A stretch of 64,000 nt of DNA from Candidatus Latescibacterota bacterium (GTDB taxonomy: Bacteria > Latescibacterota > UBA2968 > GCA-2709665). Of the stretch, positions 29,357 through 40,096 are shown in pieces (within the stretch, counting starts at the first letter, position 1; each line of letters begins with the position of its first letter). The notes below the pieces were generated by a model. It was not told the DNA's origin and did not search any database. It saw only the letters and a list, made by a program, of their open reading frames with translations. The stretch covers positions 736,001 to 800,000 of the forward strand of contig CBDCOX010000002.1 of assembly GCA_965219995.1 (NCBI GenBank). The letters are read 5' to 3'. Made by a program: the position numbers and the translations under genes.

Positions 29357-30636
29357 CAGCGGAATACCTCACTGGCCGTATGCAGGGCACTTACAAGCGT
29401 GTCGATGTCTTCGCGCGTATTGTAGAACGCGGTGGCCGCCCGCGTCGTTGCGGGGATGTTGAAATGGCGCATGACGGGCTGGGCGCAGTGGTGTCCGGCG
29501 CGGACCGCCACGCCCTGCTGGTCTACGATGGTGCCGACGTCGTGCGGGTGGAGGCCATCCATTACAAAGGAAATGACGCTGACCTTCTCTTCCGCCGTGC
29601 CGATGATACTCAGATCGGCAATCTCGGAAAGGGCGTCCGTAGCGTAGGCGAGCAGGTCGTTCTCGTATGCGGCGGCGGCTTCCAGGTCGACACGGTTCAG
29701 GTAGTCGATGGCGGCGCCCAGGCCGATACAACCGGCAATATGGGGCGTGCCCGCCTCGAAGCGGGCTGGAGGATCGGCATAGGTGGTCTTGTCGAATGAA
29801 ACCTCGCGAATCATCCCGCCGCCGCCCCGGTAGGGCGGCATCGAGTCCAGCAGTTCGCTTCTTCCGTACAGGACTCCGATGCCGGTCGGCCCGTAGAGCT
29901 TGTGCCCCGAAAATGCGTAAAAATCGCATCCCAGCTCCTGAACGTCCACCTTGAAGTGGGGGACCGCCTGGGCTCCGTCCAGCAGAACGGGGATTCCCCG
30001 TTCTCGTGCGAGCTCTACGATGGCGGAGACGGGATTGCGGGTGCCGAGGACGTTCGACACGTGAACGACAGCGACGAGCTTCGTGCGCTCGTTCAGCCGC
30101 CGTTCGTACTCTTCAATCAGCAACTCTCCCCGCTCGTTCATGGGAATCACGCGCATTCTTGCGCCTTTTTCCTCGCAGAGCATCTGCCACGGCACGATAT
30201 TCGAGTGGTGCTCCATGGCGGACACGAGAATTTCGTCTCCCGAATCCACGTGCTTGCGTCCGAACGTCTGCGCGACCAGATTGATGCTGTCCGTCGTACC
30301 GCCGGTGAATACGATTTCCCGGTCGTGGGCCGCGTTCAGAAACTGACGGACCTTGCCTCGCGCGCCCTCGTAGGAATCCGTTGCAACCTGGCTGAGATGA
30401 TGGACCCCGCGATGCACGTTGGCATTTGCCGCTTCGTAGAAGACTTCGAGGACGTCGAGTACATCCCTGGGCTTCTGGGTTGTCGCGGCATTGTCAAGGT
30501 AGACCAGCGGTTTACCCCGTACGGATTGACCCAGAACCGGAAAATCCCGACGGATACGGTAGGGATCGAATGGCCCCGCACGCTCGACGAGCGGGCATGA
30601 GAGCCTTTCGGCGAGGGCATGTGCGGACGGGCTCAT
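29356..30636 (-). CDS. sufS: Cysteine desulfurase SufS
   Basis: YLDNAATTQKP, FSGHK, RAGHHCAQP. ATG overlaps the sufD stop. Confidence 0.95.
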   Translation of the reverse strand: MSPSAHALAERLSCPLVERAGPFDPYRIRRDFPVLGQSVRGKPLVYLDNAATTQKPRDVLDVLEVFYEAANANVHRGVHHLSQVATDSYEGARGKVRQFLNAAHDREIVFTGGTTDSINLVAQTFGRKHVDSGDEILVSAMEHHSNIVPWQMLCEEKGARMRVIPMNERGELLIEEYERRLNERTKLVAVVHVSNVLGTRNPVSAIVELARERGIPVLLDGAQAVPHFKVDVQELGCDFYAFSGHKLYGPTGIGVLYGRSELLDSMPPYRGGGGMIREVSFDKTTYADPPARFEAGTPHIAGCIGLGAAIDYLNRVDLEAAAAYENDLLAYATDALSEIADLSIIGTAEEKVSVISFVMDGLHPHDVGTIVDQQGVAVRAGHHCAQPVMRHFNIPATTRAATAFYNTREDIDTLVSALHTASEVFR

Positions 30637-31958
30637 GGCAGATTCCCGGTGTCTCGCGCCCGTTCGAATTTTTCCATGACAATCCGTTCCAGATAGCTTC
30701 GAACGGGTTCGGGCTTGACTCTGTTCAGGATGTCGATCGCGAATGCGTGCACCAGAATACGCTGTGCCGTGCCATAATTCAACCCGCGCGAGCGCAGGTA
30801 GAAGACCGCGTTCCGGTCGAGCTGTCCGATGGTCGCACCGTGTGAGCACTTGACCTGATCGGCGTAGATTTCGAGTTGAGGCTTGGTGTTGATGTCCGCA
30901 TCGTCGGAGATGAGCAGGCTCTGGTTGCTCTGGTAGGCGTCGGTCTCCTGCGCTTTCCGGTGAACGTGAATCTTGCCGCGGAACACGCCGCTGGACCGGC
31001 CGCCGAGGATTCCCTTGTATAGTTCGTGGCTGTTGCAACTCGGTTCGGCGTGTTCGATCAGGGTATGATTGTCGATATGCTGCTCGCTGTCGGTCAGATA
31101 GAATCCGTTGACCGTGGCTTCACCGGCTTCACCGGCCAGCAGCGCGTTGACTTCGTTACGCACCAGTTTGCCGCCGAGAGAAATGGCGTGCGTTGAGAGG
31201 TCGCTCCGCGCGCCCTGCCGGCATTGCATGGTGGCGATATGAAACGCCTCCGGGCTCTCAAGTTCCAGCTTGTAGTGGTCCACCACGGCACTGTCGCCTG
31301 CGATGACTTCCGAAACGGCGTTGGTGAAATAGGCGCCGCCGCCGGTATAGGTTTCGACAATCGTGGCCTGGCTGTTTTCTTCGGCCAGGACCAGCATGCG
31401 GGGGTGCGAGATGGAAGCCGCGTCTGAAACCGATGAAACGAAAATCACGTGAATGGGCGCTTCCACGGCGGTGCCCCGAGGGATGTAAATAAAGGCGCCG
31501 TCCTGAAGGAATGCGGTATTGAGGGCGACGAAAGGACGCTCTTCGAAGGCGGCGTGCCGCGCGATATGGTCTTCAACCCATTCGGGTTCGGTTGCCAATA
31601 GCTCCGCAAGGCTACCGGCGCGTACGCCGTCGGGAAGATCTCCCGTCCGTGAGTTTTCGGCGCTGAAGAAGCCGTTGATGAAAACCAGGCGCGACGTCGC
31701 CAGATCCTCGATGGCGTCTTCCGTTTTCCAGACCCGATGTGCATCGGCGCCCGTCGACGTGCGAAACGAAGTGCGGACGAGCGATGCGACATTCGTGTGA
31801 AACCAGGCTTCGTCTCTCGTGCCCGGAAACCCGAGTTCCTCGAATCGTCTGATTGCCGACCTGCGAAGTTCGTTCAGGGGTGCCGCGGATCGGCCGTTCA
31901 GGCTCTCTTCAAGTGTGGCGAATGCCGTCAGGTAGGCGTGCATGCCCGTGTTGACCAT
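30633..31958 (-). CDS. sufD: Fe-S assembly protein SufD
   Basis: KPQLEIYADQVKCSHGAT, FYLRSRG. Confidence 0.95.
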   Translation of the reverse strand: MVNTGMHAYLTAFATLEESLNGRSAAPLNELRRSAIRRFEELGFPGTRDEAWFHTNVASLVRTSFRTSTGADAHRVWKTEDAIEDLATSRLVFINGFFSAENSRTGDLPDGVRAGSLAELLATEPEWVEDHIARHAAFEERPFVALNTAFLQDGAFIYIPRGTAVEAPIHVIFVSSVSDAASISHPRMLVLAEENSQATIVETYTGGGAYFTNAVSEVIAGDSAVVDHYKLELESPEAFHIATMQCRQGARSDLSTHAISLGGKLVRNEVNALLAGEAGEATVNGFYLTDSEQHIDNHTLIEHAEPSCNSHELYKGILGGRSSGVFRGKIHVHRKAQETDAYQSNQSLLISDDADINTKPQLEIYADQVKCSHGATIGQLDRNAVFYLRSRGLNYGTAQRILVHAFAIDILNRVKPEPVRSYLERIVMEKFERARDTGNLP

Positions 31959-31974
31959 GGTGCGGCTTCCTCCC

Positions 31975-32748
31975 TTAATCATCGGCGAGTCGGACCGTCG
32001 ATTCCTCGCGAATCCAATCGTAGCCTTCGGCTTCCAGCTTCTGAGAGAGTTCCTTGCCGCCCGATTTGACGATTCGGCCGTTCAGAAGTACATGCACGAA
32101 GTCGGGTACGATGTAGTTCAGTAGCCGCTGATAGTGGGTGACCACCAGGACCGCGCCTTCAGGGGTCTTGCGGTGAAGCGTATTCACGCCGTTGGCCACG
32201 ATTTTCAGCGCGTCGATGTCAAGCCCGGAATCCGTTTCGTCCATAATGGCCAGCCTGGGTTCGAGCATTGCCATCTGAAAAATCTCGTTGCGTTTCTTCT
32301 CGCCCCCGGAGAATCCCTCGTTGACCGACCGGTTGAGAAAGGACTCGTCCATTTCCACCAGCTTGAGCTTCTCCCTGGAGAGCGCAAGGAAATCCATCGC
32401 GTCGAATTCGTCCTGGCCCCGTGCCTTGCGGAGTTCGTTGAGTGCCGTCCTGAGAAAATAGGCGCTGTTTACGCCGGGAATTTCCACAGGATATTGAAAG
32501 GCCATGAAGATGCCGGCCTGGGCGCGTTCTTCCGGATCCAGTTCCAGCAGGTCTACCCCCTCGTATTGTACCGAGCCGCGGGTCACCTCGTACTCTTCCC
32601 GTCCGGCCAGTACCTGGGCAAGGGTGCTCTTGCCGGATCCGTTGGGACCCATAATGGCGTGAATTTCGCCTGCGTTGACTCTCAGGTTGATACCGGAAAG
32701 GATGCGGGCGCCTTCGACGCTTGCGTGCAGGTCGTTGATTTCCAGCAT
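31975..32748 (-). CDS. sufC: Fe-S assembly ATPase SufC
   Basis: [31 protein letters not shown]. Confidence 0.97.
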   Translation of the reverse strand: MLEINDLHASVEGARILSGINLRVNAGEIHAIMGPNGSGKSTLAQVLAGREEYEVTRGSVQYEGVDLLELDPEERAQAGIFMAFQYPVEIPGVNSAYFLRTALNELRKARGQDEFDAMDFLALSREKLKLVEMDESFLNRSVNEGFSGGEKKRNEIFQMAMLEPRLAIMDETDSGLDIDALKIVANGVNTLHRKTPEGAVLVVTHYQRLLNYIVPDFVHVLLNGRIVKSGGKELSQKLEAEGYDWIREESTVRLADD

Positions 32749-32873
32749 TCGTGTTCCTCTTTGAAAACTGTCGATGGTACGGGGGTGAAGTCCGGATTAA
32801 CGGGTCGTTTACGCGGGCCTCCAGGGAAGCCGTCGATGCGTTTGAGGGTTCTCCGTTCGTCGCCGGATGTGCA

Positions 32874-34352
32874 CTATCCGACGCTGCCTTCCAGGCTGAT
32901 GCCAAGCAGCTTCTGCGCTTCAACGGCGAATTCCATGGGGAGTTCTGCCAGCACCTCCTTGCAGAAGCCGTTGACGATCATGGAGACGGCGTCTTCGGTG
33001 GAAATACCACGCTGGTTGCAGTAGAAAATCTGATCTTCGCCGATCTTCGAGGTGGAGGCTTCGTGCTCTACCTGCGAGGTGGTGTTCCTTACGTCGATGT
33101 AAGGGAAGGTGTGCGCCCCGCATTGGTCGCCGATGAGCATCGAGTCGCATTGCGTGAAGTTTCGGGCGTTTGCCGCGCCCTTCAGAACCTGGACCCGTCC
33201 CCTGTAGGTGTTCTGACCGTTCTTCGCGGAAATGCCCTTCGATACGATGGTGCTGCGCGTGTTCCTGCCAAGGTGAATCATCTTGGTGCCCGTATCGGCC
33301 TGCTGGCGCCCGCTGGTAACGGCCACGGAATAGAATTCTCCGATGGAGTTGTCGCCCTGGAGGATGCAACTGGGATATTTCCAGGTGATGGCCGACCCGG
33401 TTTCCACCTGTGTCCAGGAAATCTTGGCATTCGCGCCGCGGCAGGCGCCGCGTTTGGTCACGAAATTGTAGATGCCGCCGACGCCGTTTTCGTCACCGGG
33501 ATACCAGTTCTGAACGGTTGAGTATTTGATCTGCGCGTCGTCCAGGGCAACCAGTTCCACAACGGCCGCGTGGAGCTGATTCTCGTCTCTCTGCGGGGCG
33601 GTGCAACCTTCGAGATAGGATACGTAGGCTCCTTCTTCGGCAACGATGAGCGTCCGTTCGAACTGGCCCGTATTGGCGGCGTTGATGCGGAAGTACGTCG
33701 ACAGCTCCATCGGACACCGCACGCCCCGGGGGATGTAGCAGAAAGAGCCGTCGGTAAAGACGGCGGAGTTCAGCGCGGCGAAGTAATTGTCGTTGTACGG
33801 CACGACGGAACCGAGATACTTCCTCACCAGTTCGGGGTGTTCGTGCACCGCTTCCGAAAACGAACAGAAGATGACTCCCAGTTCGGAAAGCTTGTCCTTG
33901 AATGTGGTGGCCACGGAAACGCTGTCGAAAACGGCGTCGACCGCCACGCCAGCCAGTATCTTCTGCTCCTCGAGGGGGATGCCCAGTTTTTCGTAGGTCC
34001 GGAGGATTTCAGGGTCTACCTCTTCCAGGCTCTGCAGCGTTTCCGCCTTCTTCGGCGCCGAGTAATAGATGATTTTCTGGTAGTCGATATCAGGATAATC
34101 GACCATCGCCCAATGCCGGCTACGCTTGCGACGGGTCGGATCTTCCATCTTGAGCCAGTTGTGATAGGCTTTAAGCCGCCATTGCAACAACCAGTCGGGT
34201 TCGCTCTTCTTCATGGAAATGAAGGCGATGATATCCTCGCTCAGACCCGGGGGCGCCGCGTCCTGCTCGATGTCCGTTACGAAGCCGTATTTATACTCTC
34301 TGGTTGCCAGTTCTTCGAGTTCCTGCACTTCGTCACTTACGATTTCGCTCAT
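32874..34352 (-). CDS. sufB: Fe-S assembly protein SufB
   Basis: [37 protein letters not shown]. Confidence 0.97.
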   Translation of the reverse strand: MSEIVSDEVQELEELATREYKYGFVTDIEQDAAPPGLSEDIIAFISMKKSEPDWLLQWRLKAYHNWLKMEDPTRRKRSRHWAMVDYPDIDYQKIIYYSAPKKAETLQSLEEVDPEILRTYEKLGIPLEEQKILAGVAVDAVFDSVSVATTFKDKLSELGVIFCSFSEAVHEHPELVRKYLGSVVPYNDNYFAALNSAVFTDGSFCYIPRGVRCPMELSTYFRINAANTGQFERTLIVAEEGAYVSYLEGCTAPQRDENQLHAAVVELVALDDAQIKYSTVQNWYPGDENGVGGIYNFVTKRGACRGANAKISWTQVETGSAITWKYPSCILQGDNSIGEFYSVAVTSGRQQADTGTKMIHLGRNTRSTIVSKGISAKNGQNTYRGRVQVLKGAANARNFTQCDSMLIGDQCGAHTFPYIDVRNTTSQVEHEASTSKIGEDQIFYCNQRGISTEDAVSMIVNGFCKEVLAELPMEFAVEAQKLLGISLEGSVG

Positions 34353-34437
34353 CGTGCGCTCCTTTCATCGCCTGAAAGGGCATTAGTTATGTTGCATTTT
34401 CTGCGACGTGACAATAATGTTTCCTGAATTCAACCGT

Positions 34438-34466
34438 AACATACCCAATACGCATCCATGTGTCAA
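34438..34466 (-). promoter_or_regulatory. Putative suf promoter
   Basis: Minus strand TTGACA-N17-TATGTT. Confidence 0.6.
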
Positions 34467-34689
34467 GATTAAAAATGTACGAAAAAGTCAAGTTTGCCGG
34501 ATCCGCCTCGCGCCGGGCCGGACGCATCCGGCGGATGGGATGTCTGACGGGTGCTTTTCCCTTGACAGAAGCGTCAGGTTTTCGCTTATTTACCGCCGTC
34601 GGTCCCGAACGCGTACGGCGTTGGAATTCAGGCCCGCGCCGGCACGCCGCTCCTCCTTGCCGCGCGTCACCTCATGAGGCCCCGATACG

Positions 34690-35109
34690 ATGCTGGATCA
34701 ATATGCCAATGTCCTGATTTTTCTGGGGATCGGCGGGCTCTTCGTGGTGGTCAATCTGTTCATCGGCAGTCTGATCCGGCCCCGGAATCCCAGCGCGGAG
34801 AAACTGAGTACGTACGAATGCGGTGAAGAGCCGGTGGGTGGATCGTGGATTCAGTTCAATATCCGGTTCTACGTGATTGCCCTGGATTTCATCATCTTCG
34901 ACGTCGAAGTCGTACTGCTGTATCCGTGGGCGGTAGTGGCGAATGATTTCGGCTGGTACGGCTTCGGTGCAATGTCTGTTTTCGTGGTGGTGCTCCTGCT
35001 CGGCCTGGCGTATGCCTGGCGGAAGGGGGCCCTCGAATGGGTTCGTCCCAAGCTGCCGGAACGGCAGGCGCCGGTGGCCGCTTCGACAACCGGAAGCCGC
35101 GTGGGCTGA
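34690..35109 (+). CDS. nuoA: Complex I subunit A
   Basis: YECGEEP, FDVE, LYPW, KGALEW. Confidence 0.95.
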   Translation: MLDQYANVLIFLGIGGLFVVVNLFIGSLIRPRNPSAEKLSTYECGEEPVGGSWIQFNIRFYVIALDFIIFDVEVVLLYPWAVVANDFGWYGFGAMSVFVVVLLLGLAYAWRKGALEWVRPKLPERQAPVAASTTGSRVG

Positions 35110-35243
35110 TCCGCCGGCCCGAACTGAGCCCGTCGCGAGCGCGGGAACCGAATCGCGGCCGGCCTTTTCTGCTTGTCCACGTTCAATTCGCGGCGTTTCA
35201 CGGCAATCAGTCAGGCTGACTGCTTCAGGAGGCAGGCCCATCC

Positions 35244-35729
35244 ATGGGTAAGCTCACAGGTCGTTTCCAGGATAACGTCATCGTGACGTCGGTCGATTAT
35301 TTCGTCAACTGGGCGCGGTTGTCTTCGCTCTGGCCGATGACGTTCGGACTGGCGTGCTGCGCGATCGAAATGATGGCCACGGGCGCGTCGCGATACGACT
35401 GGTCGCGTCTGGGCATGGTCCCGCGCGCCACACCCCGGCAGTCCGATCTGATGATCGTGGCCGGTACGGTGACCCTGAAAATGGCCACTCGCGTGAAGAA
35501 GCTGTACGACCAGATGGCTGAGCCCCGGTACGTGATGTCCATGGGCTGCTGCGCCACGTCCGGTGGGCCGTACTGGCAGCACGGTTACCACGTTTTGAAG
35601 GGTGTTGACCGGGTCGTACCGGTCGACATCTATGTCCCGGGATGTCCGCCGAGGCCGGAGGCCCTGCTCGAAGGCGTCATGAAACTCCAGGACAAGATCC
35701 GCATCGATTCCATCGCGAAAGTGAGCTGA
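35244..35729 (+). CDS. nuoB: Complex I subunit B
   Basis: [23 protein letters not shown]. Confidence 0.95.
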   Translation: MGKLTGRFQDNVIVTSVDYFVNWARLSSLWPMTFGLACCAIEMMATGASRYDWSRLGMVPRATPRQSDLMIVAGTVTLKMATRVKKLYDQMAEPRYVMSMGCCATSGGPYWQHGYHVLKGVDRVVPVDIYVPGCPPRPEALLEGVMKLQDKIRIDSIAKVS

Positions 35730-35772
35730 GTTTCGTCCGCCGTCTTTCCCGGACGGCGGGTGGAGGCAATCT

Positions 35773-36243
35773 ATGACACCGCAGGAGATCTTCCACCGGC
35801 TGAAAGCGACGTTCGGCGACCGGGTTCTGGATCTGACCGAAAACGTGGATCCGTTCATCCGGGTAGATGCCGGCGCGATTGCCGAAATCGGTCTGTACCT
35901 GCGGGACGACGAGGCGATGCGGTTCGAGTCTCTGATGTGTCTGAGCGGGGTGGATTATCCTGAACACCTTGCGGTGGTCTATCATCTGTTTTCCACGTCT
36001 TTGGGGCACAAGGTGACTTTGAAGACGGAGGTGGGGAGAAACGATCCCCATGTGCCGTCCGTGGAAGGGGTATGGCGGGTGGCGAACTGGCACGAGCGCG
36101 AAACGTACGACATGTTCGGGATCGTTTTCGACGGCCACAGCGACCTGCGGCGCATTCTGTGTCCCGACGACTGGGAAGGCTGGCCCCTGCGCAAGGATTA
36201 CGAGGTGCAGGAATATTATCGCGGCATCAGGGTTGAGGTATAA
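35773..36243 (+). CDS. nuoC: Complex I subunit C
   Basis: ANWHERETYDMFG, GWPLRKDY. Confidence 0.95.
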   Translation: MTPQEIFHRLKATFGDRVLDLTENVDPFIRVDAGAIAEIGLYLRDDEAMRFESLMCLSGVDYPEHLAVVYHLFSTSLGHKVTLKTEVGRNDPHVPSVEGVWRVANWHERETYDMFGIVFDGHSDLRRILCPDDWEGWPLRKDYEVQEYYRGIRVEV

Positions 36244-36246
36244 ATC

Positions 36247-37446
36247 ATGGCAGGGATTCCACGGGCGGCGGCAGAGGTGACGGTGGAGCGGCCGGGTCTG
36301 CCGCCGGCAGCGGACATGGGGGGCGACAATCTCACCAGCGAACTGATGACCATTAATATGGGACCCCAGCACCCGAGTACGCACGGGGTGCTGCGTCTGG
36401 AGATTAGGACCGACGGAGAAATCGTCGAAGAGGCGAAACCCCATATTGGCTATCTGCATCGATGCTTTGAAAAGCATGCCGAGAACCTGCCGTATCCGCA
36501 GGTGATTCCGTTCACGGACCGAATGGATTATCTCGCGGCGATGAACAACAACATGGGGTATGTGCTGGCGGTGGAGAAACTCCTGGGGCTCGAGATTCCG
36601 GAGCGCGTGGAGTACATCCGGGTCATCATGTGCGAGTTGAACCGGATCGCGAGTCATCTGGTTTCGTTCGGGACCTATGGAATGGATATCGGGGCGTTTA
36701 CGCCCTTTTTGTTTGCCTTCCGGGAACGGGAGGATATTTTCGACCTGTTTGAAATGACGTGCGGAGCCCGGATGTTGTATAACTACATCTGGGTGGGCGG
36801 GGTCTCACACGATCTGCCGCCCGGATTCGTGGAGCGCTGCCGGCACTTCCTGGACGCGTTCGAAGGGAAGCTGAAAGAGTATAATGACCTGCTGACGTAC
36901 AATAAGATCTTCATTGAACGTACGGCCAACGTCGGCGTGCTTGCGCTGAAGTCGGCGTACAGCCACAACATTACCGGCCCCAATCTTCGGGGGTGCGGGG
37001 TGAAGTGGGACCTGCGCAGGGACGAACCGTACTCAATATACGACCGGTTCGAGTTCGACGTGCCTTCTGGCAGGGGAGAGATGGGGACTCTGGGAGATTG
37101 CTGGGACCGGTACATGGTGCGGATTCGCGAGATGGAGCAAAGCGCCAGGATCGTATCCCAGGCGCTCGATCAGTTGCCGGAGGGCGGCGACGTACAGGCG
37201 GCGGTACCCCGAAACGTGCGTCCGCCCAAAGACGCCGAGTGTTACGTTCGCAGCGAAAACCCCCGGGGCGAACTGGGGGTCTACGTCATCAGCGACGGTT
37301 CAAACGTGCCGTACCGGGTACGGGTGAAGTCTCCGTGCTTCACGGTGATGAGTGTATTTGACGAACTTGCCCGGGGCCATTATCTGGCGGACATTATCGC
37401 CATTATCGGAAGCATCGATATCGTACTGGGCGAGATCGATCGTTAG
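36247..37446 (+). CDS. nuoD: Complex I subunit D
   Basis: GPQHPSTHGVLR, GYLHR, GEIDR. Confidence 0.96.
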   Translation: MAGIPRAAAEVTVERPGLPPAADMGGDNLTSELMTINMGPQHPSTHGVLRLEIRTDGEIVEEAKPHIGYLHRCFEKHAENLPYPQVIPFTDRMDYLAAMNNNMGYVLAVEKLLGLEIPERVEYIRVIMCELNRIASHLVSFGTYGMDIGAFTPFLFAFREREDIFDLFEMTCGARMLYNYIWVGGVSHDLPPGFVERCRHFLDAFEGKLKEYNDLLTYNKIFIERTANVGVLALKSAYSHNITGPNLRGCGVKWDLRRDEPYSIYDRFEFDVPSGRGEMGTLGDCWDRYMVRIREMEQSARIVSQALDQLPEGGDVQAAVPRNVRPPKDAECYVRSENPRGELGVYVISDGSNVPYRVRVKSPCFTVMSVFDELARGHYLADIIAIIGSIDIVLGEIDR

Positions 37447-37455
37447 GATTGCCTT

Positions 37456-38628
37456 ATGCTCGAATTAGCGGCGGCGCTCGCAGATCAGGTGGGATTCTTG
37501 AGCGCGGTACCGATCGGTCTGCTGTCCGTTGCGCTGGGGCTGCTCGCCGGAATCGTGGTCGTAACGCTCGTCGCCGTTCTGGGCCTGATCATGGTTTATA
37601 TGGAAATGAAGATTTCCGCCCACATCCAGGACCGATTGGGGCCGATGCGAACCGGGGGTTGGCACGGCTGGGCACAGCCGATTGCCGACGGCGTCAAGCT
37701 TCTGCTGAAGGAGGACATCATTCCGGCAGCTGCGGATAAGGGCCTGTTCATACTGGCGCCTCTTCTCGTCTTTTCCGGAACCCTGGCGATCTTCGTGTGC
37801 ATTCCGTTCGGCGGCAGCCTTATCGTGAGCGATCTCAACATCGGGGTCTTTTATATTCTCGCCATCTCGTCGCTGGGCGTGCTCGGGATTCTCATGGCCG
37901 GATGGGCGTCCAACAACAAGTGGTCTCTGCTGGGCGCGATGCGCTCCGCCGCGCAGGTCGTCAGCTACGAGATTCCCGTGGCCATGGCGTTTTTGAGTGT
38001 GATCCCGCTTGTGGGCACGCTGAGCACGCAGGAACTGGTCGCGGCGCAGTCCGGATCGATATATCACTGGTTCGTTTTTCGCAATCCCTTTACGTTCCTC
38101 GCGTTCATTCTTTACTTCATCGCCTCGCTTGCAGAGGTCAACCGGACGCCGTTCGATATCCCCGAAGCCGAATCCGAACTGGTGGCGGGGTACCACACCG
38201 AATACAGCGGTATGCGATTCTCGTTCTTTTTCGTCGCGGAATACGCGGCGATGGTTGCCGTGGGCATGGTCGGGGCGGTCGTGTTTCTGGGGGGCTGGCA
38301 GGCGCCGTGGGGCGGCTCGTTCCCGGCCGGTCCCGTCTGGATGATCGGAAAGGGACTGTTGCTGGTCGCGGTGCAGATGTGGATTCGCTGGACCCTTCCG
38401 CGGTTGCGCGTCGATCAGTTGATGTTCGTGGGCTGGAAGGTGCTCACGCCGGCCGCGTTCCTCTGCATGCTGGGATCGGTCGTCTGGCACTTTGCCGCTC
38501 CGGAGTGGCTGCAGGAACTCGCCAAGGTGGGACTGATGGGCGTGATGGCTGTCGTTCTCGCTTTCCTCTTGCGTTCTGCCGCCCAGGGACTGATGCAGGG
38601 GCGGACACAGCGCGCCCACACGGCATAA
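37456..38628 (+). CDS. nuoH: Complex I subunit H
   Basis: [33 protein letters not shown]. Confidence 0.96.
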   Translation: MLELAAALADQVGFLSAVPIGLLSVALGLLAGIVVVTLVAVLGLIMVYMEMKISAHIQDRLGPMRTGGWHGWAQPIADGVKLLLKEDIIPAAADKGLFILAPLLVFSGTLAIFVCIPFGGSLIVSDLNIGVFYILAISSLGVLGILMAGWASNNKWSLLGAMRSAAQVVSYEIPVAMAFLSVIPLVGTLSTQELVAAQSGSIYHWFVFRNPFTFLAFILYFIASLAEVNRTPFDIPEAESELVAGYHTEYSGMRFSFFFVAEYAAMVAVGMVGAVVFLGGWQAPWGGSFPAGPVWMIGKGLLLVAVQMWIRWTLPRLRVDQLMFVGWKVLTPAAFLCMLGSVVWHFAAPEWLQELAKVGLMGVMAVVLAFLLRSAAQGLMQGRTQRAHTA

Positions 38629-38673
38629 GGTCCCACTCAGGAATCTACGGACTCCTTCTCCATAGGTGACGCA

Positions 38674-39159
38674 ATGGCATCGTATTTCAGGAATCTCTAT
38701 CAGTCGGCTGCTTCCATCTGGACAGGCTTGAATATCACGCTGAAGCATCTGTTCACGCCTTCGATTACACTGGAGTACCCGGACGAGCGCTGGCAGATGC
38801 CGGAACGGTCGCGCAACCAGTTGTTCAACGATATCGACGACTGCATCGGGTGTGATCAGTGCGCAAGAGCATGTCCGGTGGACTGCATCTACATCGAGTG
38901 CGAAAAAGCCGGTCCCGACGAGGATCTCGGCCTGACGTCCAAGGGGACCAAGAAACGGCTCAAGGTTCTCCGTTTCGACATCGACATGGGGCTTTGCTGC
39001 TATTGCGGCCTTTGTACGTATCCGTGTCCCACCGAATGCCTGATCATGACTCCGAATTACGAGTCGTCCGTCTACGACAGGACGGACCTGATCTACCGGT
39101 ACGCCCGTCCGTGGGATTACGAAAAAAAACCCGCCGACGCGGCGTCTGCGGATCGTTAA
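38674..39159 (+). CDS. nuoI: Complex I subunit I
   Basis: Two CxxCxxCxxxCP motifs. Confidence 0.95.
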   Translation: MASYFRNLYQSAASIWTGLNITLKHLFTPSITLEYPDERWQMPERSRNQLFNDIDDCIGCDQCARACPVDCIYIECEKAGPDEDLGLTSKGTKKRLKVLRFDIDMGLCCYCGLCTYPCPTECLIMTPNYESSVYDRTDLIYRYARPWDYEKKPADAASADR

Positions 39160-39255
39160 CGGAGAGCGAAGCGTCGAAAGAAAACGCCGGAGCCGGTCCG
39201 TACGCGGGCAAGCAATCGGCTAAAGGTGAGGGACCCCCGGGGTTTGGTTGATATT

Positions 39256-39777
39256 ATGGAACTATCGACGATCGTATTCTACCTGTTTGCCGCGGTGACC
39301 GTGGGGTCGGCGGCCGCGGTCGTGTTCGTTAGCCGCCTGATCTACGCGGTGTTTGCCCTCCTGTTCACGTTTTTCGGCGTCGCCGGTCTGTACGTATTTC
39401 TCGACGCAGACTTCCTGGCGGGCGCGCAGGTGTTGATTTATGTCGGTGGAATCCTGATTCTGCTGCTCTTCGGCGTGATGTTGACCAACCGGATCTACGA
39501 TTTGAATCTGCTGTCCGAACGGGTGCAGTTTCTGCCCAGCGTGGTTGTCGTCGGCGCCGGATTTGCATTGCTGGTCATGGTGATCATGAAGACGGCGTGG
39601 CCGCTGGCGGAAGGCCCGTCACCCGCTTCCAGTACGGCGGAAATCGGCAAGTCCCTCATGACAACCTACGTCCTGCCGTTCGAAGTGGCCGGAATGCTGC
39701 TGCTGGCGGCCCTGCTCGGCGCCTCGATGCTGGCCGGAAAAGGGAAGGGGCAGGAGGAGGATGAGGGGGAGTTATGA
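39256..39777 (+). CDS. nuoJ: Complex I subunit J
   Basis: QVLIYVGG, YVLPFE. Confidence 0.93.
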   Translation: MELSTIVFYLFAAVTVGSAAAVVFVSRLIYAVFALLFTFFGVAGLYVFLDADFLAGAQVLIYVGGILILLLFGVMLTNRIYDLNLLSERVQFLPSVVVVGAGFALLVMVIMKTAWPLAEGPSPASSTAEIGKSLMTTYVLPFEVAGMLLLAALLGASMLAGKGKGQEEDEGEL

Positions 39778-40079
39778 TTGCACTGGAGCACTATCTGGTC
39801 GTGGCGGCCATTCTGTTTTGTCTGGGAATTCTGGCCGTTGCCACGCGCCGCAATGCGATCAGCATCCTGATGGGGGTCGAACTCATTCTGAATTCCGCCA
39901 ACCTGAATCTCGTCGCGTTCGCGCGGTTCACCGATTCGGGAATCGAAGGCCAGGTATTTGCCGTGTTCGTCATTGTCCTCGCCGCGGCCGAAGCGGCGGT
40001 TGCGCTGGCGATCGTTCTGAATATCTACCGCAATTATCAGATGGTTAACATAGACAGACTGGACTCACTGAGCGGTTGA
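39774..40079 (+). CDS. nuoK: Complex I subunit K
   Basis: MGVELILNSANL, AAAEAAVALA. Confidence 0.95.
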   Translation: MIALEHYLVVAAILFCLGILAVATRRNAISILMGVELILNSANLNLVAFARFTDSGIEGQVFAVFVIVLAAAEAAVALAIVLNIYRNYQMVNIDRLDSLSG

Positions 40080-40096
40080 CGTCTCCGGGAGAGTGA

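Noticed and set aside
29356-31038. N-terminally extended ORF-track versions of sufS (also the PilM-like gene, coaD, lptG, aspC)
   Set aside because: The extensions overlap upstream genes or intergenic DNA. Downstream starts with an RBS or stop/start overlap fit better.
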